From the NCBI RefSeq assembly GCF_026000115.1, contig NZ_AP026867.1:2713716-2777715 (forward strand): a stretch of DNA of 64,000 nt, read 5' to 3'. This DNA is from Aureispira anguillae. GTDB lineage: Bacteria > Bacteroidota > Bacteroidia > Chitinophagales > Saprospiraceae. Under the pieces are notes generated by a model. It searched no databases and was not told the DNA's origin. It saw only the letters and a list, made by a program, of their open reading frames with translations. Position numbers and translations under genes: made by a program. This document shows positions 10,960-20,536 of the stretch, one piece after another (the stretch's first letter is position 1; each line of letters begins with the position of its first letter).

Positions 10960-11721
10960 CTATCTAACTTTATTAGAAGGCTTTCTTTTAGATTTCTTTT
11001 TGCTAGCACTGGTATAAATATAAGATAAGGCTATAATATGGCTTGTGTCAGGGAAGTAGTACTTTACTTCTTGTTCAAAAATATATTTTAATCTTAGTGC
11101 GTGTTGCTTATTAAACTTATACTTTGTCCCAGCCCCCAATCGATACTTGGTAAAACCATCCAAGGCTCCTATCTCATCGTGTATAAAGATCTCGCACCAA
11201 AGCTCTGGATCTAGTTTCCATTTTTTAAAATTATAAGCCAATTTAATTCGGCACCTAATATCTTGTGCCCAGTCATTTTTTACAATTTTCTTTTTGGTAT
11301 CTAGCCCAGCTCGGTTCTGATACAAAACTCTCCCTTCTACCATAAATCGCTTAATCTCCACTTTATAATTTAGGGCAGCAAAAAGCCTAACATAGTTATC
11401 ATCTAATTCTATTCCATCCTCATCGTTTTCAAAAAAATACCGACAACCAATCGTAAGACTAAGCGGTTTGACAAAATCATGAAATTTAGGATTGTAAGTT
11501 CCTCTTAATTCTAGAAGCATGCGGTCAAACTCCACTAGTTTAAATCTACCTTCTGTTTTTACTCCAATACTCCAACGTTTATTAAATTTATGTTTAAAAT
11601 AAAGACCTGTCCATAATTTACCATCAACGTCATTTTTTCGCTTATGCTCTTGGGCAAAAAGTACAGCATTAAAACAACATATATATAGAAAAAATAAAAA
11701 CCATTTTTTAGAAACAATCAT
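10960..11721 (-). CDS. hypothetical outer-membrane protein, probably beta-barrel-like
   Basis: A signal peptide is present. Alternating aromatic/hydrophilic beta-strand patterns run throughout. Confidence 0.45.
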   Translation of the reverse strand: MIVSKKWFLFFLYICCFNAVLFAQEHKRKNDVDGKLWTGLYFKHKFNKRWSIGVKTEGRFKLVEFDRMLLELRGTYNPKFHDFVKPLSLTIGCRYFFENDEDGIELDDNYVRLFAALNYKVEIKRFMVEGRVLYQNRAGLDTKKKIVKNDWAQDIRCRIKLAYNFKKWKLDPELWCEIFIHDEIGALDGFTKYRLGAGTKYKFNKQHALRLKYIFEQEVKYYFPDTSHIIALSYIYTSASKKKSKRKPSNKVR

Positions 11722-11751
11722 TTATACTATTATTTTCGTTACCGTTTTAGT

Positions 11752-13125
11752 TTACTCAAAATGACAAACTTCATTAGGTATATGCGTTCCTCTGGGCAAC
11801 CCCTCCTCACATACATCTTCTATCATTTCTCTTCTATCCCGCACCCACTTTTTTAGTTCATGTACAGAATAACTATAATAAGGATCTTCTTGCCCACTTT
11901 CTACCTGCAATTTAAAATGATCGATAAGGTTGAGCAATTTATTTTCATTCCAAACATGCTCTAATAAGGACTCCATTTCTTGCTTAAAAAGAGCAGCTGC
12001 CACAGAAGTTCTAGACAGTCGTCTTGGCAATTCAGCCGTTACATATTCACGAATATCAACCTCCTCGTCACTTTCTTCTGGGTCAAAATAATTCATCCCC
12101 CAAGGAATAAAAGTTGCTCTATCGTTATCATTAGGGTCAAAATAAATATATACGTTATTGCTATTTCGAGTATAACCGTCCATATGTCCTAATAATACTT
12201 CCAAAGCCCAAAATCGGATAAATTTTCGTACGTTGATATATTTATTTAACTCGTAAAACAAGTCCTTTGTTCGGGTTCCTTCTATAATTCTAGCAATTTT
12301 ATGCAGTTGCCTTTTATTTTTGTCGGTAGAAGAATTTTTAGGCTCCCATCTCAGCAGCCAATTCACCTTAAAATCAGTAAGCTGTCCTTCGTACAAATCT
12401 CCAGAGTTGTTGCCAAAATTTCGCTGCAAAAAATGACGATCAATAGCTTCTATGTGGCTGTAAACGCCTAATGCCTCATCATTAATACTTACATTAGCCA
12501 AATTGCATCTAGGAGCAGGATAGTTTGCCCATTCAAACACCTTATACATCAAGCACTGAATAATTCTAGAAGGATCTTCTGAGTTGTTGTTGAGGGTAAT
12601 GTAAGAAGACCCACCATCACCAACAAACTGTCCCTGCTCGTATTTGTCAATTTTAATTTTCAAAGAAGGAGCAGACGAAAAGATAGAGCCCAAAAAGCCT
12701 TTTTTTCGAAGCCCAACTTTGGGTAAATAGACCTCATCAATTATTAAATCGGCTTTATACCAATTATAATAAGAAGGAAAAGCAACATCACATTCGTTTA
12801 AGTATTCATAAGCGGCAGCTTTAGCAGCATCGCCCTCTCTTAATTGAATGGACGGCCCAAATCTAGATTCATTTCTCATTCTTTTGAAATGATCAGGGTG
12901 CATCTGAATCATAATACAATGCATATGATTCGCATTAAAACTCAACTCTCCATTTTCTAGGGTAGTGTTTTTGGGTTCGGGCCAACACATAATTCCTTCG
13001 GGACGATCCTCCCATTCTGCGGAATTATAAGCAAGCTTATCTAATAAATCTTTTTTACAAGAAGAACAGTGCAATACTATTGATAAAATAATAGCAGCAA
13101 CAATTAGGTTCATGGTTCTTAACAT
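11752..13125 (-). CDS. CotH-like (spore-coat protein H family kinase fold) secreted protein
   Basis: A signal peptide is present. The region WALEVLLGHMDGY...NNVYIYFDPNDNDRATFIPWGMNYFD resembles the CotH core (aromatic-DGY then YLY-D...IPWD-D). Confidence 0.45.
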   Translation of the reverse strand: MLRTMNLIVAAIILSIVLHCSSCKKDLLDKLAYNSAEWEDRPEGIMCWPEPKNTTLENGELSFNANHMHCIMIQMHPDHFKRMRNESRFGPSIQLREGDAAKAAAYEYLNECDVAFPSYYNWYKADLIIDEVYLPKVGLRKKGFLGSIFSSAPSLKIKIDKYEQGQFVGDGGSSYITLNNNSEDPSRIIQCLMYKVFEWANYPAPRCNLANVSINDEALGVYSHIEAIDRHFLQRNFGNNSGDLYEGQLTDFKVNWLLRWEPKNSSTDKNKRQLHKIARIIEGTRTKDLFYELNKYINVRKFIRFWALEVLLGHMDGYTRNSNNVYIYFDPNDNDRATFIPWGMNYFDPEESDEEVDIREYVTAELPRRLSRTSVAAALFKQEMESLLEHVWNENKLLNLIDHFKLQVESGQEDPYYSYSVHELKKWVRDRREMIEDVCEEGLPRGTHIPNEVCHFE

Positions 13126-13487
13126 AAGTGTTAAAACTAAATTGAAATAACAGTTTTTTAATTTTTTAGAAGAATAGAGTTGTCCCCCTATGTTTTATTA
13201 CTAAACACTAACGGGAAACTAATGTGGTGTAAAATAAGCTCAAAAAGGTAGAGTTAATCTCAATAAAATACTGATTAGAAAGGTTTGATAGTAATTTCAT
13301 TAATATAGAAGTTGGTCTCCTTCTAAGAGGGGCGAGTGCCCTATGTTTATCAAGAACGAAATAATAGCCTTTAGCGTTGGCAATTCTACGACTTTTTTTT
13401 AAAACTATGACAATTCTAGGGAATGACTTTAGATCTTTTTTTTTCTAAAGCGAAGTAAATTAACCTTTATCAATGGTTAATGTATTT

Positions 13488-14108
13488 TTATTTCTTCAAT
13501 TGTTCGATTCGCTTAATATTTCCCTGAATGGGTGAGATAGAAATTTCTGTTTGTTGGTCTAAAATGTAAAATAGATATTGACTATTTTGACCTATAATCT
13601 TAACCTTTAGCTTTTCCTTATCCATAAATGTAATCTGGTGGCTCATCTTTTGTTCTTTATTGGCTATTTTTTTCTGCAAAGCGTATCCTCCTATAACAGC
13701 ATCGCTCAAAAAGATCCCCAACAACAAGCCATGCGTCATAAATACAAGCAATATTGGCAGGCTATTTTTATTCCCAAAACTCTCTTCCATTCCCGCTACA
13801 TCAATTCTTTTTTTGTACCATTCTTTTGTTTTGTGCTTATGGTGAAACTTGCCAATTTGACGTAGTATCCAATAAAATAAAATGGGAATTACAACAACAA
13901 AAACAGCAATGGCTAAATCCGTGGTCAAAATGATAATTGGGCTTAATAAAATATCAAGTACACTAGAATAATACATGATGTTAATTCCCAAAATGCCATA
14001 GGTAATGCTCTCCCTTATGATGCCAAAAACCAATAAGGATAGATACCCAATGGAGATTAATTCTTGAAGGTTTTTGATCTCAAATTTAAAGGTCGATTTT
14101 TCTTTCAT
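13488..14108 (-). CDS. hypothetical membrane protein
   Basis: Four predicted TM segments. No recognisable motif. Confidence 0.4.
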   Translation of the reverse strand: MKEKSTFKFEIKNLQELISIGYLSLLVFGIIRESITYGILGINIMYYSSVLDILLSPIIILTTDLAIAVFVVVIPILFYWILRQIGKFHHKHKTKEWYKKRIDVAGMEESFGNKNSLPILLVFMTHGLLLGIFLSDAVIGGYALQKKIANKEQKMSHQITFMDKEKLKVKIIGQNSQYLFYILDQQTEISISPIQGNIKRIEQLKK

Positions 14109-14432
14109 ATCTAATAAGCACTAATTCTAAGGGATCTATAATAGGTTTGCCAAAATAGCATTTTGTTTTTATAAATTAAGTTGAAAGACAAAAATAACTA
14201 ACAATAAATTACTCGCAGTACTCGTGAGATCAGTTAGCTGCGTTGCGCCCAGGTGGTGAGCGTCTTTTTTCCACTTAACTGGGCATTTTCTTTGGTGCTA
14301 TTAACATACCACTCATTTGAAAAGCCTTGCTTAGTCCGCTAAAACTACATTTTTTAACCTACTCTTTTGTCCTTCAACTTAATTATTATAGGAATTTCAT
14401 TGATTTAGAGACAATAAATTTTATACATCAAT

Positions 14433-15101
14433 TTAATTAGCATTAAATAAATTGCCTGAACCATTAATTGCCTGAGTTATAGTTGGGTTCCCTCTATAGT
14501 AAACATTTCCGCTTCCGTTGATAGTAAGATTTAATGTATTTTGGGCTGTAATATTAATATTACCTGACCCTGCAATAATAGCAGTGCAATCATTCGTAGA
14601 TGTACTAAATAGGTCCATATTCCCACTCCCCTGTATATCTAATAATAATTGATTGGTTACAAAGGCAGTTGATGTATTAAAATTACCGCTGCCTCGTATT
14701 TCTAAATGATCAAAAGTAGGCACCGTAACTTCTGCACGCAAATTGAAATTATTTAAACATATATCATCTTGTAATTTAAATGACAATAGACCATTTATTA
14801 CTTCTAATTTTACAAAGGGAATAATATTTTCATCACCAAAGAGGACAACTTCTTGAGTATTCCCTCGTTTACATTCTATATTGATAGATGTGTAATTCGC
14901 AATCCCCGTGAAATTTGATAAGTTAACCGCCTTAGTTGACGAAATCCCATTACCATCAACTGTAAGCGTACAATTGTGCCCGTTCTGCCCATTCTGTCCG
15001 TTCTGTCCGTTCTGACCATGGAAGTTATTTTTCTTACAAGCACAAATTCCTAACATTAATATCAGTATTAATAAATAGGATTTTTCAATGATGTTTTTCA
15101 T
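14433..15101 (-). CDS. DUF2807 (adhesin-head-like, GSG-repeat beta-helix) lipoprotein with a GQN tandem-repeat linker
   Basis: The lipobox reads LGICAC. It is followed by GQNGQNGQNGQNGHN. Downstream, GSGN(F/M/I/V/L) motifs recur every ~20-30 aa, as in DUF2807 proteins. Confidence 0.6.
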   Translation of the reverse strand: MKNIIEKSYLLILILMLGICACKKNNFHGQNGQNGQNGQNGHNCTLTVDGNGISSTKAVNLSNFTGIANYTSINIECKRGNTQEVVLFGDENIIPFVKLEVINGLLSFKLQDDICLNNFNLRAEVTVPTFDHLEIRGSGNFNTSTAFVTNQLLLDIQGSGNMDLFSTSTNDCTAIIAGSGNINITAQNTLNLTINGSGNVYYRGNPTITQAINGSGNLFNAN

Positions 15102-15329
15102 TTTACTACTTTTTATTATTTAACTTAAGTGACTAAATACATTTACCAAGTACTCACATTTAATTCTGATTCACAAATTTAGTAAGCCTTTTACATCTAA
15201 AACTTGACCTAAGATCAAGAAATAATACGTTTTTGTATTCGACTTAATGTTTCAGGAAGAACACCAAAGTAGTTTGCAATTTTTTAAAAGGGATTTTTTG
15301 CTGTACTTCTGATTACCCAGTTCCCATTC

Positions 15330-15370
15330 AAAAAAAAAGCCCCTATAAGAACTTCTTATAAAGGCTTTTT
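15330..15370 (-). terminator. rho-independent terminator downstream of the tricorn-like protease gene (bidirectional)
   Basis: The minus strand reads gcctttataagaag-ttc-ttataggggc followed by T9. The plus strand also ends in T5. Confidence 0.5.
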
Positions 15371-15410
15371 GATATTATTCTGAACGGAGTAATCTTTTTA
15401 TAGCATCCAA

Positions 15411-18400
15411 TTATTTTCCATCTACTTGACGCAACAACTCTTTAACGGCTGCCTCTATTTGCTGGTCTTCCCCATTGGTAACTCGAGCAGGATCATTGGC
15501 AACTTTGATGTCTGGCTCCAATTGAGTGTTCTCCATAAAAGCACCATCATTGCCAACCATTCCAACTTGTGGTATACCAAATACATAACCACCAGGCAAG
15601 CGCTCCCACCAAACTGCCGTTCCTGTTCCAGGCACAGGCATTCCGATCAATTTACCTACATTTAGTGCTTTATAAACATAAGGAAAAATATGCGCATCCG
15701 AATAATTGCCTTCGCTCATCAAAACACAAGAAGGTTTGTACCATTTAAACATTGGTTCTCTACCAATATCTTGCCCACGAGGCTGAACTTTCATATAAAT
15801 TTTACCACTCAAAAAGGTCGCCAAATCATCGTGCAGCCAGCCGCCACCATTAAAACGAGTATCAACAATAACCGCATCCATACCAGCATTTCTGCCCAAT
15901 ACTTCCTCATAAACTGTTTTATAACTTCCTGTATTCATGCCACGAACATGCACATAACCAATACGACCATTAGAAGCTTTTTCGGCAATTGCTCTACAAT
16001 TCTCAACCCAACGCTTATAACGAAGATTAAACTCTGCACCACGGCTAATTGGTTTAATGGTTTCTTCCCAACGTTCGTTGGTTGCAGGATCGAACAAAGT
16101 GACCAAAGTATATTTTCTTGCTTTTCGATTGAGTAAAGGATAAAAATTCATTTCAGGTAAAATTTCTACCCCATCAATTTTTTCAATGATTACCCCAGCT
16201 TTTGCTTTAGAAGCTTTTTTATCGAAAGGTCCTTTTTTCATGACTTCAGCAATCAACAAACCTTTTCCAGTATGTGTTTCATCATAAAAAACACCTAAGC
16301 TTGCTGTAGCATCAGCACCTGCTTGATAAGGAGAACGATAGCGACAACCCGTATGAGAAGCATTTAACTCTCCCAATAATTCACTCATCATTTCAGCAAA
16401 ATCAAATCCATTGTTGATGTGGGGTAAAAAGCGAGCGTATTCTTTTTTGTAAAAATCCCAGTCCACGCCGTGCAAATCTTCTTTGTAGAATTTTTTCACG
16501 ACTTGTCTCCAAGCATGTTCAAATAAATAGGCACGTTCCTCTCCTTCTTTCAACAACATTTCACCTTGGATGTTAATTGACTTTTTCTTTTTAGTTGCCA
16601 ATTCAATACGAGCTATTTTCCCTGCATTGACCACAAAAAGGTATTTTCCATCCTTAGACAATTCCATTCCGCCACCTCTAGCACCTAATTTCATCAAGAT
16701 TTTTGTTTCTCTTGTTCTCAAATTAGTCTCCCAAAGATCAAATCCTTTTTCAAAACGAGTCATGTAATACAACTTCTCGCCCTCTTTAGAAACAATCGCT
16801 CCCATGATAGAAGAAGAGTGGATTGTCAATCGTTTTTTACGATCATAAATTCCATCAAAATCAATGGTCATAGGTTCTAACTTAATTTTCTCTTTGTCTT
16901 TGTCCGCTTTTTCCTTCTCTTTATCTTCCTTCTCGTCTTTGTCTTCTTTTTTGTCCTCTTTTTTCTTCTTCTTATCCTCTTTTTCTCGCTCTTTTAACAA
17001 TGCAAATTCTTCTTTCGTTAGATTAAAACGATCCCAACCTTCTTCGGTTAGAAACATACCATAAATATCAGACTGTCCTCCCCAGCTTGCTTGAGCTTTC
17101 ATTCCATCACGTCCAGAAGCCCAGATAATCATTTTGCCGTTCATAGCAAATTTGGGCGCATAATCCCCATAACCGCTTCTTGTTAAATTAATAACAGACT
17201 CCTTGCCATCTGCCTTGATTAAGCCCACCTCTTCAATCCACTGCTGAGGTTGCAAAAAGGTCACTAAAAACCATTTTCCATCTGGAGACCAAGAGTAAGT
17301 TTGATCGCCATCTTGATAAGAATAGTTTTTGTCTCCTGCTAGAATTTCTCTAACCTTTTTGGATTCGAGATTAATGACTTTTAATGCGGTACGTTCTTCC
17401 AAGAATGCAACTTCTTTTCCATCTGGAGAAAAAGCAGGTTGAAAAGTTTCGTTTTTACTTTCTAGAATGGCTTCTTCTTTTAAAATCGTAGCATTAAAAA
17501 AATACTTCTCTTCTTCCCTAGCTAATTTGGTTTGATATAAATTCCAACTTCCATTTCGTTCGGCAGCATATAGGATAGCACGCCCATCTGGGCTAAAACT
17601 AGCTGTGCGTTCTCTTTCTGGTGTATTGGTAATTCTTTTGGTCATGCCACTTTCTACAGAAGTAACAAACACTTCCCCTCTATTAACAAAAACAATCTCT
17701 TTTCCATTAGGAGATACATCCATTTCTTGCGCCGACTTCACAGCAATTGTTCGTTCTGCATTGTAACGATCATCTGCAATAATAGTGATGGCAACTTTTT
17801 TAGGTTTTCCTCCATCTGTAAGCGTGTAAATCTCTCCATTGTAATTAAAACACATCAGCCCAGTATTAGAAATCGAAAGATTTCGAACAGGGTGATTTTT
17901 TAATTGCGTAACTTTTCGAGTACTGCTCGTATTACTAAGATCTACAGCATGAACATTAAATGTTCCGCTGGCTTCACTCAAGTAAAACAATTCTTTTCCG
18001 TTGGGAGCAAAAACAGGGTTTCTGTCTTCACCATTAAAAGTAGTAATTTGTGTGTATTTTTTTGTGGTAACATTATAAGTCCAAAGATCACGAGTTACCG
18101 AAGAAGTATGGTGCTTTCTAAACTCATCTTCATACCCCTTTCTATCGTGATAAGCAATTGTTTTTCCATCTTTAGAATACTTGGCTTCGTCAGCAGGAAT
18201 GGTCAAAATTTGCGTTACACGTCCCCCTGTTACAGGAACTTGATACAATTCTTCCATACGCCCAGAAGGGAACATTCTGTTTTGAGCATTATCTAAACGC
18301 AAAGAACTAAACAAAACCCCTTTACTATCGGGTGTAAAATCAGAGGGATAGTCATTGGAAGAATGATAAGTTAAACGAGTTGGTTTCCCGCCCTCAGCAG

Positions 18401-18686
18401 ACATTACATACACATCAAAATTGCCATAACGGTTAGAAGCAAACGCTATTTGTTTGCCATCTTTTGACCACACTGGCTTGTAATCATGTGCTTGGTGCAA
18501 GGTTAGAGCCCTAGCGGTTCCCCCTTGACTGGGTACTTTGTACAAGTCACCTTTGTAACTAAATACAATTTCTTTCCCATCTGGGGAAATGGCAGAATAG
18601 CGCATCCACAATGGCGTATTCTGTGCTGATAATTGAGTTATAGCTAAAAGCAAGCAGCTTGTTAAGCATAGTTTCCAATTCATCAT
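15411..18686 (-). CDS. tricorn-protease-like periplasmic protease. It has beta-propeller/TolB-like repeats plus a C-terminal S41 peptidase domain.
   Basis: The N-terminal signal is followed by repeated PDGK..IAF/DIY propeller blades. The C-terminal S41 block reads GYVHVRGM...IVDTRFNGGGW...MSEGNYSDAHIF. The protein is 1091 aa and contains a KE/KD-rich insertion. Confidence 0.8.
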   Translation of the reverse strand: MMNWKLCLTSCLLLAITQLSAQNTPLWMRYSAISPDGKEIVFSYKGDLYKVPSQGGTARALTLHQAHDYKPVWSKDGKQIAFASNRYGNFDVYVMSAEGGKPTRLTYHSSNDYPSDFTPDSKGVLFSSLRLDNAQNRMFPSGRMEELYQVPVTGGRVTQILTIPADEAKYSKDGKTIAYHDRKGYEDEFRKHHTSSVTRDLWTYNVTTKKYTQITTFNGEDRNPVFAPNGKELFYLSEASGTFNVHAVDLSNTSSTRKVTQLKNHPVRNLSISNTGLMCFNYNGEIYTLTDGGKPKKVAITIIADDRYNAERTIAVKSAQEMDVSPNGKEIVFVNRGEVFVTSVESGMTKRITNTPERERTASFSPDGRAILYAAERNGSWNLYQTKLAREEEKYFFNATILKEEAILESKNETFQPAFSPDGKEVAFLEERTALKVINLESKKVREILAGDKNYSYQDGDQTYSWSPDGKWFLVTFLQPQQWIEEVGLIKADGKESVINLTRSGYGDYAPKFAMNGKMIIWASGRDGMKAQASWGGQSDIYGMFLTEEGWDRFNLTKEEFALLKEREKEDKKKKKEDKKEDKDEKEDKEKEKADKDKEKIKLEPMTIDFDGIYDRKKRLTIHSSSIMGAIVSKEGEKLYYMTRFEKGFDLWETNLRTRETKILMKLGARGGGMELSKDGKYLFVVNAGKIARIELATKKKKSINIQGEMLLKEGEERAYLFEHAWRQVVKKFYKEDLHGVDWDFYKKEYARFLPHINNGFDFAEMMSELLGELNASHTGCRYRSPYQAGADATASLGVFYDETHTGKGLLIAEVMKKGPFDKKASKAKAGVIIEKIDGVEILPEMNFYPLLNRKARKYTLVTLFDPATNERWEETIKPISRGAEFNLRYKRWVENCRAIAEKASNGRIGYVHVRGMNTGSYKTVYEEVLGRNAGMDAVIVDTRFNGGGWLHDDLATFLSGKIYMKVQPRGQDIGREPMFKWYKPSCVLMSEGNYSDAHIFPYVYKALNVGKLIGMPVPGTGTAVWWERLPGGYVFGIPQVGMVGNDGAFMENTQLEPDIKVANDPARVTNGEDQQIEAAVKELLRQVDGK

Positions 18687-18720
18687 AATTTGAGCGTTAT
18701 TTTTGGTTAATAGTTTGGAT

Positions 18721-18986
18721 CTGAGTACAGGACAAAACAGGTAAAGGATACTTATAAAGTACAGTTTAAACTAAAACTATGTTTCGATCTTAGATGCTAG
18801 ATCGCTTTGCTTTTAGATTCTAGACCCTATAACAGCCTAATAGGGTCTAGATATCTAAACGTATGAATGTAATGATCGAGCAGGCTTGATGTAATACATC
18901 AACGGTATAGCTTGATCTAATATCTGAAAAATAGTTCCATTAATCCCTTACTTTATTTAAGTCCAATTGTTTTGTCCTGTACTCAG
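18721..18986. mobile_element. 266-bp MITE-like non-autonomous element. It has 19-bp perfect terminal inverted repeats and a flanking 9-bp direct repeat (agtttggat).
   Basis: TIR-L ctgagtacaggacaaaaca (18721-18739) is the exact reverse complement of 18968-18986. agtttggat lies at 18712-18720 and again at 18987-18995. Internal nested palindromes are present. No ORF. Confidence 0.5.
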
Positions 18987-19352
18987 AGTTTGGATAAAAA
19001 GACAAAACAACTGTGCATTCAACAAACAATTGCTCAATAGAAAGTTTTTGGTTTTCTAAAAAAGTGTCTCAAAATGCTTCCATTGCAAGTTAAAAAATAT
19101 CTAGTACAATAAAATGTTTGTTTAGGTCAGTTCTTCCATTTATCAGACGAACGGTACATTCCTTACGATTAAGGAAAGTAAAACAAAAAGAGATCTATGG
19201 AATAAAAGACGATTTATGACTAGCAGCTCATCGAATTTAATGAAATAGGCAACTAAAAAGAACCTTTGCTTTCGCACTTCCACAAATAATTGTATTTTTG
19301 CAGCAACTTTTGGCTTAAAAGAATTGCTAACATTTAATTAATTAAGAATAAC

Positions 19353-20456
19353 ATGGCATTAAAATGTGGAATTGTTGGGCTTCCTAATGTTGGAAAATCA
19401 ACGCTTTTCAATGCACTTTCCTCTGCTAAAGCTTTGGCAGCGAACTATCCTTTTGCAACTAAAGAACCTAATATCGGAACCATTACTGTTCCTGATAATA
19501 GATTGACCGAATTAGAGGCTATTATCAACCCTCAAAAGGTAGTTCCTACAACAATTGATATTGTAGATATTGCAGGTTTGATTCGTGGAGCGAGCAAGGG
19601 AGAAGGATTAGGAAATCAATTTTTGGGGAATATTCGTGAAGTAAATGCAATTGTACATGTTGTTCGTTGTTTTGAAGATGGCAATATTGTCCATGTTGAT
19701 GGTGCTGTAGATCCTGTTCGAGATAAAGAAACCATTGATTTGGAACTAATTTTCAAGGATATGGAAACCATTGAAAAGCAGATTCAGAAGCAAAAGAAAA
19801 TGGCTAAAGGAGGAGACAAAGCGCTACTTAAATTGGTCACTATATTTGAGAATTTATTGCAGCATTTGGAAGATGGAAAACCTGCTCGTAGTTTTGATGA
19901 TTATGAAACAGAAGAAGCAGAAATTATTGTTCGTCAACTACAATTACTAACTGCTAAACCAATCATCTATGTTTGTAATGTAGATGAAGATTCTGTGGTA
20001 AACGGAAACGAACATACAGCTGCCTTTAGAGAGGCTGTAAAAGATGAAAATGCTGAAATCATATTGGTTAGTGCTGCTATTGAAGCGGATATTGCCGAAT
20101 TGGATACCTACGAAGAACGCATGGAATTTTTATCTGATTTGGGACTAAAAGAACCAGGTGTTAACAAGTTGATTCATGCTTGTTATAATATCTTGAATTT
20201 AATTACTTACTTCACTGCTGGTGTAAAGGAAGTTAGAGCTTGGACAATTACCGTTGGAACAAAGGCTCCTGGCGCAGCAGGGGTTATTCACTCTGATTTT
20301 GAACGAGGTTTTATCAAGTCCAAAACCGTTTCTTATAATGATTTTATTGCCAATAATGGCTGGAAAGGTGCTCAAGAAACAGGTACCTTGCGTCAAGAAG
20401 GCAAAGAATATGTTGTTCAAGATGGGGATTTGTTAGAGTTTATGTTTAATGTCTAA
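19353..20456 (+). CDS. ychF: ribosome-binding ATPase YchF (Obg-like GTPase family)
   Basis: The P-loop [22 protein letters not shown] is present, with G-domain motifs, a C-terminal TGS domain, and the typical 367 aa length. Confidence 0.9.
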   Translation: MALKCGIVGLPNVGKSTLFNALSSAKALAANYPFATKEPNIGTITVPDNRLTELEAIINPQKVVPTTIDIVDIAGLIRGASKGEGLGNQFLGNIREVNAIVHVVRCFEDGNIVHVDGAVDPVRDKETIDLELIFKDMETIEKQIQKQKKMAKGGDKALLKLVTIFENLLQHLEDGKPARSFDDYETEEAEIIVRQLQLLTAKPIIYVCNVDEDSVVNGNEHTAAFREAVKDENAEIILVSAAIEADIAELDTYEERMEFLSDLGLKEPGVNKLIHACYNILNLITYFTAGVKEVRAWTITVGTKAPGAAGVIHSDFERGFIKSKTVSYNDFIANNGWKGAQETGTLRQEGKEYVVQDGDLLEFMFNV

Positions 20457-20536
20457 TTATTTCTCAACTTAAGCAGTTAAAGATTTGAAAAAGTATGAAT
20501 TGCCTATTATCGGCTTATACTTTTTCAAATCTTTTT

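Noticed and set aside
14975-15020. Short tandem repeat that could be mistaken for a CRISPR-like or spacer array
   Set aside because: It consists of 9-bp in-frame codon repeats inside a CDS. There are no spacers and no cas genes. No CRISPR array was found anywhere in the window.
15426-18296. Several plus-strand ORFs (15426-15665, 15690-16136, 16570-16767, 16864-17064, 17904-18296) inside the tricorn protease gene
   Set aside because: They are antisense shadow ORFs of a long, well-supported minus-strand gene. Their compositions are low-complexity (S/F/L or N/T/I-rich) with no motifs.
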